A stretch of 64,000 nt of DNA. It comes from a bacterium. GTDB taxonomy: Bacteria; Patescibacteriota; Gracilibacteria; UBA4473. The first letter of the stretch is position 1. Each line of letters opens with the position of its first letter. The notes below the pieces were generated by a model. The model saw nothing but the letters and a program-made list of their open reading frames with translations, was not told the origin of the DNA and made no database searches. The DNA is taken from positions 3,736-67,735 of the forward strand of contig JABGQW010000025.1 in NCBI GenBank assembly GCA_018648585.1, in the 5' to 3' direction. The translations under genes were made by a program, and so were the position numbers. Below are positions 37,226 through 46,800 of the stretch, piece by piece.

Positions 37226-40156
37226 TTAAAACTCTAAAAAAGTCCCCCGATAATTCTCCGTCAATTTTGAAATTGAAATCGGATCGACGCCCGCAATCAC
37301 CAAATCCGTGCCAGAAACTTCGCCCAAAAGTTTCGCGTCAGAAAACATTTTTTGAAATTCGGTCTCGCGATCCGGCGCGATCGAAACGAGAAATCGCGTT
37401 TTGGATTCGGAAAAAAGCGCAATCCGCAGATCGTCCGCGAGATTTGAAAAATCGACGTGCGCGCCAATTTCTCCCGCGATGCAAGATTTTGAAATCGCCG
37501 CCGCGAGCCCGCCGATTCCCACGTGCGCGATCGACGTGAAAAGATTTTCTCCGTGCGCCGCGAAAATTTTTCGAAACCGCGCGAGTGATTTTTCAGCGGA
37601 AATTTTCGGAACGACGGATTTTGAAAGTTTGTGCGCAGCGGAAAATTCGCTCCCGCCAAACTCGGAAAACGTGTCGCCGATCAGAAAAATTTTGTCGCCG
37701 GCGAATTTGAAATCGAGCGTCTGCGTGCGCGCTGCGTCCGAAATCACGCCGAGCGCGGAAATCAGCAGCGTCGGCGGAACGGAAATTTTGACGGGATTGT
37801 CGTCCGCGTCGAATCCTTTGAAATCGTTGAACATCGAATCTTTTCCGGAAATGAACGGCGTGCCGAAAATTGTCGCGGTTTCAAAACACGCGTGCGCCGC
37901 GGCGAGCAACTGCCCGAGCCGCTCGGGTTCGTCCGAGCTGCACCAGCAAAAATTATCCATAATTGCGAGCGAATCCACGTCCGCGCCGACCGCAACCGCC
38001 GCCGCGACACAGTCGTCGATCGCACCAGCCGCAGCAGAAAAAGCGTCCGATTCGGTTGCGCGCGCGCCGAGCGATTGCGATAAAACGACGGCTTTTTTTG
38101 AATCCAAAACTGGCCGCACCACCGACGCGGTTCCGTTGACACGACCCGGTCCCTGCAGCGGTTTGACGACGCTGCCGCCCAAAACTTCGTGATCGTACTG
38201 CTGCGAAATCCACTCGTTCGACGCAACATTTGGTCGCGCGATCATTTTCAAAATTTCGGATGAAAAATCTGAAATTTCTGGCAATTTTATTTTTTCGGAA
38301 ACGGAAACTTGCGGCACGGATTTCAAATTTTCCCGCGGCCAGCCCGACGCGAGAAATCCGAGATCGAGATCGAACACTTTTTGGTTTTTGAAAAAAATGC
38401 AGCCGCGCCCCGAATCGGTAAATTCTCCGACGATCGTGGATTCGACGCCGCGTTTTTTTAAAATTTGAACAAATTCGTCGGCTTTTTCCGCAGGAACAGA
38501 AAATGTCATTCGCTCCTGCGATTCGGAAATCCAAATTTGCCACGGCGCGAGATTTGGATATTTGAGCGGCACGCGATCGAGAAAAACTTCAAATCCGCCC
38601 GCCTCGTCGCCGAGCTCGCCGATCGTTCCGGAAATTCCGCCCGCGCCGCAGTCGTGCACGGAATTTATGAATCCGCCCTCGCGCAGTTCGCGGATCACCG
38701 CGTCCGAAAGTTTTTTTTGCGTGATCGGATCGCCGATCTGCACCGCCGTCGCGGGACTTCCCTCGTCCAAACTTTCGGAACTGAAAGTTGCGCCGTGAAT
38801 TCCGTCGACCCCGACGCGGCCGCCCGCGACAATAATTTTGTCGCCCGCGACGGCTGATTTTTCACTGGAATCGCGCCCGTCAAGTTTTCGCGGAATCAGT
38901 CCGATCGTGCCCGCAAAAACGAGCGGTTTTCCTGCGTACCGATCGTCGAAAAAAGTGAATCCCTGCGGCGACGGAATCCCGGACTGGTTGCCACCTTCGT
39001 TGATTCCCGCGACGACGCCGTCGAGAATTTCTCGTGGTTGCAGCGCAGGATTTGATTTCTTTTTTCCGCGAAAAAGTTCGATTTTTTTTCGTGGATCTCC
39101 GGTACAAAATCCGTACCGATTGATCACCGGACGCGCGCCGCGGCCATACCCGAGACAATCGCGGTTGACGCCGACGATCCCGGTCATCGCTCCGCCGAGC
39201 GGATCGAGCGCGGACGGCGAGTTGTGCGTTTCCATTTTGTCGGACACGACCCAGTTTTCGTCGAAAACGATTCCACCGGAGTTGTCGCTGAAAACGGAAA
39301 CACAGAAATCTTTTTTCCCTTTTTTCCGGCGAATTTCCTCGGTCGCGCGACGGATAAATTTTTTGAAAATTCCTTCCGCGTGCTCGTCGATCGGGTTTGC
39401 GAAAATCGTGTGCCGGCAGTGCTCCGACCAAGTTTGCGCGATCGATTCGAGTTCAACGTCGGTCGGATTTCTTTTTTCTGCACGAAAATAATCGCGAATC
39501 GTGTGCAGGTACAAAAGTGAAAGCGCGAGCGGCCCGCGGTGCGTTCCGTCGGAATTTTTGATTCCTTTTTTTCCGAGCTCAATTAATTCCTCGTCAGAAA
39601 TTTCTAAATTTATTTCGTCTGCAGTCAAATGATCATTTTGAATCGAAACTTTTGGAACAAATGTTTCCATCCCGCCGGCGGAGAAAAAATCGTCCGCGGA
39701 TTTTACCGCCACGCGCTGAATCATCGGATTGGCAAACATCCAGCCAATTTTTTCGGCATCTTTCAAATCCAAACCAGCGCCAGAAACGCACAACAACACG
39801 GAGGAAAAAACGCCCTCGGCGTGCGGATCAAATTTCACTTTGAGAAGATCTTCGATGGTCTCCACCACGGTGCGCCCGACGTTGTCGGTGACGCCCGGGA
39901 GAAATCCGATTTCGATCGCCCAGTCAAATTCACGGGTGAAATCAGGTTCGTCAACACTGAAATTTTCGTACACGGGATTTGTCAACGCCTGCCCAATTTT
40001 AATTTTTTCGGAATCGGAAAATTTCCGTGCGATCGTGAAAATATCCGCGGTTTCGACGCGCGTGATCGGCAGTCCAGAATTTTGGATTTTTTGGGAAAAA
40101 GCCGCGCCACGAGGATCCTCGACACGGTTCTGGATTTCGATGCGAAATGCGTTCAT
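37226..40156 (-). CDS. purL: phosphoribosylformylglycinamidine synthase subunit PurL with an N-terminal tandem PurS-like extension
   Basis: SEHCRHTIF and duplicated AIRS-synthase-like halves. The first ~230 aa hold two PurS-like repeats (..EDPRG...LTNPVYENF and LPGVTDNVG...ANPMIQRV). Start moved in-frame to MNAFRIEIQ. Confidence 0.9.
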   Translation of the reverse strand: MNAFRIEIQNRVEDPRGAAFSQKIQNSGLPITRVETADIFTIARKFSDSEKIKIGQALTNPVYENFSVDEPDFTREFDWAIEIGFLPGVTDNVGRTVVETIEDLLKVKFDPHAEGVFSSVLLCVSGAGLDLKDAEKIGWMFANPMIQRVAVKSADDFFSAGGMETFVPKVSIQNDHLTADEINLEISDEELIELGKKGIKNSDGTHRGPLALSLLYLHTIRDYFRAEKRNPTDVELESIAQTWSEHCRHTIFANPIDEHAEGIFKKFIRRATEEIRRKKGKKDFCVSVFSDNSGGIVFDENWVVSDKMETHNSPSALDPLGGAMTGIVGVNRDCLGYGRGARPVINRYGFCTGDPRKKIELFRGKKKSNPALQPREILDGVVAGINEGGNQSGIPSPQGFTFFDDRYAGKPLVFAGTIGLIPRKLDGRDSSEKSAVAGDKIIVAGGRVGVDGIHGATFSSESLDEGSPATAVQIGDPITQKKLSDAVIRELREGGFINSVHDCGAGGISGTIGELGDEAGGFEVFLDRVPLKYPNLAPWQIWISESQERMTFSVPAEKADEFVQILKKRGVESTIVGEFTDSGRGCIFFKNQKVFDLDLGFLASGWPRENLKSVPQVSVSEKIKLPEISDFSSEILKMIARPNVASNEWISQQYDHEVLGGSVVKPLQGPGRVNGTASVVRPVLDSKKAVVLSQSLGARATESDAFSAAAGAIDDCVAAAVAVGADVDSLAIMDNFCWCSSDEPERLGQLLAAAHACFETATIFGTPFISGKDSMFNDFKGFDADDNPVKISVPPTLLISALGVISDAARTQTLDFKFAGDKIFLIGDTFSEFGGSEFSAAHKLSKSVVPKISAEKSLARFRKIFAAHGENLFTSIAHVGIGGLAAAISKSCIAGEIGAHVDFSNLADDLRIALFSESKTRFLVSIAPDRETEFQKMFSDAKLLGEVSGTDLVIAGVDPISISKLTENYRGTFLEF

Positions 40157-40581
40157 AAATTTCGAAAAAGACGTGCCGAGTGTACCGCGTCCGAAAAATA
40201 TTTCAACGGAAAAGAAAAAAAGACCGGAAGACGCAACATGCATCAACCGGTCAAATAGTTAAAAAGCTTTCATTTCTAATTTTTGAAATAAAAACAAAAG
40301 CAGGAGATGCCGAGCAATTGCCACTCGAATAATCTATCAACCAAACCTAAAAATTTATGTTTGCTCGACATCTTTATAAAATAAAACAATAAACAATCAC
40401 CAACTTGTGAAGAAATCTCAAAAAAGAAACAAGCCGGTGAAAAAACTCTCGCACGCGGGAGTTATCACACCGACCAATCAGAAAGAAAGCTATCAAAGAA
40501 CTTTCGAGCGGAGATGGAGATTTTTTCTGCACCCCACAGAACGAAGTAATCTCTTTTTACGAAAATCAAAAAAAAAGTCAA

Positions 40582-40617
40582 GAAAAAAAGAGACAGTTGA
40601 GCTAAGTCGAACTGTCT
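40582..40617 (-). terminator. strong orphan intrinsic terminator in the purL-rpsP gap
   Basis: Minus strand reads GAGACAGTT-cgacttagctc-AACTGTCTC followed by T7. No annotated gene lies upstream of it. Confidence 0.7.
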
Positions 40618-41019
40618 CTAATCACGTCAGTCATAAAATTTTTGGAAAAGAAAAACTGACGCAGTTTCGACGGGTAACGGTAATTTATTTTCACAATAGA
40701 TGTATGAGGTATTTCCCCGCCGAAAAAATATTTTGCGATCAAATCGACAAAAAAACGCTCGCACGCGAAAGTTATTTTGTCGATCTAACTTGAGTTTTTC
40801 TCTAATTTTTTGAACTGGCGTCAAAGATCACTTTCGGTGAAATGTTCGCCCGCAGAAAGTTCTGCGCCAATCCATTCACAACCGAACTATTTTTCTTTTA
40901 GCACAAACTTAAAAAACAAGTCAAGCATTTTTGAAACCGCTCAAAATTGAGTTTTAGAAAAAGTTTGACAGAAACAGACTTTTTAATAAACTCGCGTGGC
41001 AAATTTTTGATTTTTCCAC

Positions 41020-41397
41020 ATGCTCGTGATTCGATTTTCCAGAATTGGACGTAAAAAACAGGCCTTTTTTAAACTCGTTGTTGCTGAAAAAGCACGCGCA
41101 GTTCAGAAAAAAATCACCAAAGATCTCGGGTATTTCAACCCGCTTTCCGATGGAGGAAAAGGCGAATTTGTGTTTGATGCCGACTCGATCAAAAAATATA
41201 TTGCCAACGGTGCGCAGCTTTCTCAGACTGCCGCGCGAATGTTGACGAAAAATGGCGTCAAAGAAGCAGAAAAATTCATTGAAAAACGAACCACAAAACC
41301 AAAAAAAGAAAAAGCTCCCGCACCTGCGCCTGAAACTGCGCCAGTTGCCGAGGCAGCTCCGGCCGAAGAAACTCCTGCAGAAGAAAAAACGGAATAA
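41020..41397 (+). CDS. rpsP: 30S ribosomal protein S16 with a Pro/Ala/Glu-rich C-terminal tail
   Basis: MLVIRFSRIGRKKQAFFKLVVAEKARAVQKKITKDLGYFNPL. Confidence 0.93.
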   Translation: MLVIRFSRIGRKKQAFFKLVVAEKARAVQKKITKDLGYFNPLSDGGKGEFVFDADSIKKYIANGAQLSQTAARMLTKNGVKEAEKFIEKRTTKPKKEKAPAPAPETAPVAEAAPAEETPAEEKTE

Positions 41398-41412
41398 TTT
41401 TTTAGTTTCTGG

Positions 41413-41673
41413 ATGGATGATAAATTTCCCGCTCTCGATTTTGTTCGGTACGTTCTTGGACAAATTTGTGCTTCTTCTGATGAAGTCGACGTCGTCGTGA
41501 CACACGATGATCGCGGCACGCTTTTGACAGTGCACGTCAACGACGCAGACATGGGACGATTGATCGGAAAAGACGGACAAACTATTTCCGCGCTTCGCAC
41601 GCTTCTCAACGTGATGTCTGCGCGAGAAAATAAACGGTTTTATTTAAAAATTCAAGACCCAGTTGAAAAATAA
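41413..41673 (+). CDS. KH-domain RNA-binding protein (YlqC/UPF0109-like)
   Basis: GRLIGKDGQTISALRTLL GxxG loop. Conserved position after rpsP. Confidence 0.85.
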   Translation: MDDKFPALDFVRYVLGQICASSDEVDVVVTHDDRGTLLTVHVNDADMGRLIGKDGQTISALRTLLNVMSARENKRFYLKIQDPVEK

Positions 41674-41721
41674 TTTTCGATTGTGCTAGAATCTTCGTGA
41701 CTTTTTAAGATTGTTTTTAAA

Positions 41722-42207
41722 ATGGGCGACGATCGTGTGGTTCCGGCAGTTCAGTACCTCGACACCACTCCTCCGGATGCAATGACGACTCCGGCTTTTG
41801 GCGGTGTCCCGACCACCGCTGGCGGTGTTCCGTTCAACGCGACCGCCGACACAGTTGCGCATCTGGGAAATTACACGCTGATGGATTTGGTACAAATGTT
41901 TGTTCCGATCGCATTTATCATCGCAGCCGGACTCGCGGCTGTTTTCATCTTCATCGGTGGAATGAATTTTATTCTCTCCGGTGGAAACGAAGAAAAAATA
42001 AAAACCGCCGTCAACACGATCCGATACGCGATTGTGGGACTGGTCGTCACAATTTTGAGTTTCACGTTTGTGACGATTGTCGGACGTATTTTTGGACTGG
42101 ATTTCATCAGTTACCTCAACTACGCCAAAATCCGCGAATCGATCACGCTGATGATAAATCCTGCGGCAGACAACAACACACAACATTTTACACTGCCGCG
42201 GCAGTAA
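41722..42207 (+). CDS. T4SS-type (TrbC/VirB2-like) pilin-family small membrane protein
   Basis: Two TM helices flank FIGGMNFILSGGNEEKIKTAVNTIRYAIVGLVV, the pattern typical of the pilin-like family abundant in CPR genomes. Confidence 0.55.
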   Translation: MGDDRVVPAVQYLDTTPPDAMTTPAFGGVPTTAGGVPFNATADTVAHLGNYTLMDLVQMFVPIAFIIAAGLAAVFIFIGGMNFILSGGNEEKIKTAVNTIRYAIVGLVVTILSFTFVTIVGRIFGLDFISYLNYAKIRESITLMINPAADNNTQHFTLPRQ

Positions 42208-42217
42208 ATTTTTTCAA

Positions 42218-42982
42218 ATGTGTTTTCAAAAAAAATCATTCCCGGAAAAGGATCCGGAGAAAAATTTTTGCGACACAAGATTTTGTTTGCAATCCTGGCT
42301 CCTCGACGCATTTTTCCCGGCGAAATGTCTGACGTGCGGCCGCGCGGGCGATTTTTTGTGTGAAACACATCGCCAGTTTCCACCGGCGCCCCAGAACGAA
42401 GCGCAATTTCAACATCTCGATGAAATTTTTGCAGCCACCGAGTACTACGATCCGGTGGTGAAAAAGTCGGTAGAATTTTTTAAATTTCGCGGATTTTCAG
42501 CGTTGGCAAAAATTTTTGCAGAAACAATTGTCGAGCGCGTTCCCGATAATTTTTTAGAAAATGCGATTCTCGTGCCGATTCCCCTGCACTGGACACGGAA
42601 ACTTTGGCGCGGATTTAATCAAGCCGACGTGCTCGCACGAGCGATTTTGGAAAACCGAACCCGGGATCTAGATCCCGGGTTCGAATTAAAATTTGATTTA
42701 AAACGCGTTCGTCGCACGCACCAGCAAGCACGACTGGGAAAATCTGCTCGCAAAAAAAATCTTGACGATGCGTTTTTCTGGTGCGGAGAAAATCTGGCAG
42801 GGAAAAAAATCGTACTGGTCGACGATGTCGTCGCCAGCGGATCAACACTGGATGCGGCTGCCGCAGTACTGAAAAAATCTGGTGCAAAAGCAGTTCACGC
42901 GGTGGTTTTTGCGCGCGGCGGGAAAACCAAAGAACCCGGGTTCGATCAATCAAACACCGATTCAAAATCTTCCAGCGCCTGA
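42218..42982 (+). CDS. comF: ComF family protein (phosphoribosyltransferase domain)
   Basis: N-terminal Cys pairs CLTCG..CETH, RGFNQADVLARAI, PRT motif KKIVLVDDVVASGSTL. The 3' end overlaps the convergent RAYT gene by 37 nt. Confidence 0.88.
   Translation: MCFQKKSFPEKDPEKNFCDTRFCLQSWLLDAFFPAKCLTCGRAGDFLCETHRQFPPAPQNEAQFQHLDEIFAATEYYDPVVKKSVEFFKFRGFSALAKIFAETIVERVPDNFLENAILVPIPLHWTRKLWRGFNQADVLARAILENRTRDLDPGFELKFDLKRVRRTHQQARLGKSARKKNLDDAFFWCGENLAGKKIVLVDDVVASGSTLDAAAAVLKKSGAKAVHAVVFARGGKTKEPGFDQSNTDSKSSSA
42657..42682. repeat. REP-type perfect 26-nt palindrome inside the comF ORF
   Basis: GAACCCGGGATCTAGATCCCGGGTTC, identical to the copies at 43487 and 43574. Confidence 0.9.
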
Positions 42983-43443
42983 GCCGAATCCGCTTTTTCG
43001 CTCACCCACTCCCAATCTTGCGGATTTGAAACGATTTTATGATGCACCGCATTCTGCAAAATGTACTGCGTGAGCTGCGCGAGATATTCGTCATCGTCGA
43101 CCAATTTTGCTTGAAATCGCCCCTCAAAAACTGGCTGTTTCATTCCTTTTTTTACAGAATCACCGTATTTTGCGTTGAAAAATGCAGCGTACGACTGTTG
43201 AACGCGATTCATAAATTCTGATATTTTTGAATTGGGAGTTGGTTTTTCAAATATTAAAAAATGGAAATGGTTTGGTAATAAACACCACGCCAAAACTCGA
43301 ACCGACGGATACAAATCAAGATATCGAATAATATTTTCCCCAAATCGCTGAAAATCTCGATCCTCAAAAAAGAGTTGCTGCTTATTGTATCCACGGTTGT
43401 AGATATGATAAAACCGTTCCGTTTCCAATATTCTACGTGGCAT
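42946..43443 (-). CDS. REP-associated tyrosine transposase (RAYT; IS200/IS605 Y1 HUH family)
   Basis: HUH as LPNHFHFLI and a catalytic-Tyr helix QYILQNAVHHK. 165 aa. Palindromic REPs lie directly upstream. Confidence 0.85.
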   Translation of the reverse strand: MPRRILETERFYHIYNRGYNKQQLFFEDRDFQRFGENIIRYLDLYPSVRVLAWCLLPNHFHFLIFEKPTPNSKISEFMNRVQQSYAAFFNAKYGDSVKKGMKQPVFEGRFQAKLVDDDEYLAQLTQYILQNAVHHKIVSNPQDWEWVSEKADSAQALEDFESVFD

Positions 43444-43486
43444 CCTAATTATTGTATGTTAGTGAAAAATTGTCGTCAACTTTTTA

Positions 43487-43707
43487 GAACCCGGGATCTA
43501 GATCCCGGGTTCTAGTTTTCCACGAATCATTTGTTCGCCCACTCACATCCCTTGACATTTTTCGTTGTTTTTTGAACCCGGGATCTAGATCCCGGGTTCG
43601 GTTTCCTTCCTCATCCCGGGTTCGGTTTTTCCACAAATCATTTGTTCATCTCACCTCCCTTGACATTTTTCGTTGTTTTTTGAACCCGGGATCTAGAACC
43701 CGGGTTC
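43487..43707. repeat. REP cluster: three 26-nt palindromes plus one half-site, embedded in an ~87/108-nt direct repeat
   Basis: Palindromes at 43487-43512, 43574-43599 and 43682-43707 (1 mismatch); half-site at 43613-43623. The intervening segments (TTTTCCACgAATCATTTGTTC...CCCTTGACATTTTTCGTTGTTTTTT) are themselves duplicated. Confidence 0.9.
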
Positions 43708-43730
43708 GGTTTTAAAAAAAACCACCGCAC

Positions 43731-43792
43731 AAAAAAAAGACCGGTCTCTTCGAGACCGGCCTTTTTTGCTCGCCCCCCGCTTTCGCGGGGGG
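43731..43792 (-). terminator. tandem terminators downstream of the S-layer gene
   Basis: Minus strand reads CCCCCCGC-gaaa-GCGGGGGG, then CCGGTCTC-gaa-GAGACCGG followed by T8. Confidence 0.8.
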
Positions 43793-43847
43793 ATTTCCTG
43801 TTTCATAACAATTTACTTTTCTTTTTGAGAATTTTTAAATCTCAAAA

Positions 43848-46800
43848 TTAGTCACTGTTTACTTTTGCAGTCGTGTCAATATTGAGCAAGTATCCGTTCA
43901 ACCAATCAGCAGATGTATCTGAGTGAGAAGTTGAAGACTCATCTGACCACACAACAGTTCCTGCTGCTGCAGCACGTGTTGTTGCACCGGCATGAGAATT
44001 ATCGGTTGAAATAGTAACAGACACTGTATCATCATCAGCCGCAGGCGTTCCTGCTGTTGTATTCTCCGTATTATTCATAAGAAGTGCGTACGTTCGAGAA
44101 TCACCAGCAGACAATTTCTGATTGGCGAATGTGACCGTAACCGTTCCAGTAATATCATCAGCTGCTGTGTACGTATCTGCAATCGCAGATGTTACAACCG
44201 CAGTATTGTCGATATTTCCGTCCGTTTTCACTTGTTTTACTTCGAATACAGCATCTGCTGAAGCTTTCATTCCAGCAAGATTCACTGTGAATTTCAATTT
44301 ACCCAATTCAATTTGACGTGCGCTATCCGCAGTCACGACAAATCGGTAAATTTCTTGTGAAGCCGCAAGCGGTGTTCCACTAAAATTCTGTGTTGCTGCG
44401 TGTCCAACCGACATTTCTGTTCGGTATGCGACAAACTCTTGTCCGGTGACAGAATTTGCAGTGACATTCGCTGTTGCCAAATCAGATCCAGTAGCAGCCG
44501 TAACTGCTTCCACTCCATTTTCTTGCTCAGATGTATCTAACGCAAGAGTAAGTCGTTTTCCTGTCTGATCAGCCTGAGTGATATCGCGAACACTCACTTT
44601 GATTGACACGTATGTCGACTCGTCTTTTGGAACGCTGATGCGATCCGCATTTCCGAGTTGGAAGTGAAGATCTCCGCCTGTCATCTGTTTTGTCTGAACA
44701 AGTTGTCCAGCAGCATTATAAAGCTTGAAATCTACGCGATCACCAATATCAGTTCCTCCAACTGAATTCGTAAAGTACAAATCTCTGATCTGAACTTCAT
44801 CATCAGCCGCGTTAAATCGAACACGCATCACTTCTACGTCTTGAGTACCTGCTACCAAGACATCTCCGTAAATGGTCGTTCCAAGATCAACGCTCAAACT
44901 TCCTGAATTCACCAATTCAAATTCATTTCCTCCCAAGGCCGTTGCACTAACCAACGCTGAACCATTGTACACGTAGACGGTTTGTCCATTCTCAACATTG
45001 TCTGCGTCCACCGCAGTCACTTCGATTTGCATTGTGTGTTTGAGATTCAATGCGGTAACTCCGTCGGTTTCAACTCCAACCGTACCATTTGCATCTCCAA
45101 CAACCACGGTACCAACCTCTGCTGAGTTCACATTTCCTGTGATAAATGGTGAAGCTGTTTCGGTGAGAATTGCTGCTGCTCCTGCACCTGTAACCGTATA
45201 TCCAAGTCCAGCCAATGCTGCTCGAAGGTAAGTTCCTTGTTCTGCCGCAGTTGGAGTAGCTCCAAGCTGCAAGCTTGCAACTCCGTCATCACACGTTGGG
45301 TCGGTGATAACACCATCTGCAACATAAGTCAAAACACAGATTGTGCTTCCTGCGTCGTCAGTAAGCGTAATTTTATCTCCTACTGCACCTGCTGTAGAGA
45401 TCGTCAATGTTGTCGCACCCGCTGTTCCTGCGGTTCCAATTGCGGAATCGAAGGTAAGAGTCGTCCCAGTCGCTGTAGTCAAGTTCTCTGTTGTAGTTGT
45501 TGATTCCAAAACAGTGTAGGTTGTTGCCGCAGCGCTTGCTGCGTTTTTGATCGTCAAATAAACATCCTCGTCTGCTTCGTACAAAGTAGCATCAGCAACT
45601 GTTGCTGTTGCGCTATTTGCAACGACCGTTGCAAGAGTTTCCGACACAACCCCTGCCGAAGCTTCGATCGTGTTGAAGACAACTGTAAATTCTTTTTGTC
45701 CTGCGGATGGAATCACAACAGACAAATCATTGAATGTTGCTGCTCCAGCTGAAGTCAGGTTTTTGCTTGATCCCTGCTGAGTTCCATCGACAAAGATTGC
45801 CGCGGTGTACTCCGTGTAGGTGTCCGCACTTCCTGTTCCAACTCCTTGGATCGATGCAGAAGTCACATTGACGTCTCCTGAATCATTGTTGTCCAAGACA
45901 AACTCCATAAAAGTCACATCATCCACTCCCGCGACGATTTTTCCACCGGAAAGTCCGTCACTTTTTGTGATTGAGATGCTTGAAACCTGCACTTCCACAA
46001 AAGAAGCAACTGCCGATCCCAACATTTGATCTGTCGGAACCTGATCTCCGGTCGAGATGTACTCTGGAGATTCGAAATCCGTCGAGTTCAAACTCACTTT
46101 GATGCTTGTTCCCGTCACTGCGTCTGAAGTAATATTACCAACCAATTTCATGATTGATGCTCCCGCGATTTCAAACGTAGTATCAAAAGCCAATACTGCG
46201 TCTGTTATACTTGGAGTGGTGCTTGCACTCGTGAAATTATTTTCACTGTCAACGAGCTGATCGTTCAAAAACAATCGGAAGTTGTCAAAATAAGTATTCA
46301 AATTAGTAAAAGCCGTCACTGTTGCACCAGACACTGTTGTGTCTACGATTCCCGAAGAATCTGCCAACTCAACCGTCACACCGTCCAACAAAAGTGGCTG
46401 GTCAACGACGATACGTGCTGTCATAAAAACAACATCGTTGGATCCGGGAGCGTACTCCTGATTTCCGAGAGATGCTGGATCTCGAGACACGTTCAAGTCT
46501 CCGCTGTCGATGGTGTAAGCCATCAAACGAGCACAATTGTCTTCTGCTGCTTCTGCTGTACAGCTCACACCCGTAGATGTAGCCCCTGTCGCTGAAGCAA
46601 AAGAATATCCATCTCCATTTCCGATTGCTTTGACTCCGAAGCTGGTGCCGATCTCGATCGCCACGATATCTTCGTAGTTGTCCACTTTGAAGTTGATGTT
46701 GTCTCCGTCCTCGGCGCTGACGATATCTGCTCGCATTGAGAAGATTCGTGAGTCACCGTCTTCGATGACGTATCCACCAGTCACACCGTTGTCCAATCGG

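Noticed and set aside
40407-40793. 128-aa ORF (and the 65-aa minus-strand ORF at 40627-40824) in the purL-rpsP gap
   Set aside because: The sequences are extremely basic and low-complexity, start at GTG and TTG respectively, have no ribosome-binding context, and are cut across by hairpins and a terminator. The region is treated as non-coding.
40157-41019. Possibility that the gap encodes RNase P RNA, tmRNA, SRP RNA or a purine/ZTP riboswitch
   Set aside because: The hallmark strings were not found on either strand. These include GAGGAAAGUCC and ACAGAACCCGGCUUA for RNase P, a tRNA-like GGUUCGA..CCACCA end for tmRNA, GGAAGCAGCC-type domain IV for SRP, GUUUCUACC..GACUAU for purine, and CCGCCUGGGC for ZTP. 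The region is left as an unassigned candidate ncRNA or attenuator.
43487-43707. Regularly spaced 26-nt repeats that could be read as a mini CRISPR array
   Set aside because: The repeats are perfect palindromes, the two 'spacers' are copies of each other (a tandem duplication), there are only three units, no cas genes are present, and a RAYT transposase is adjacent. This is a REP cluster.
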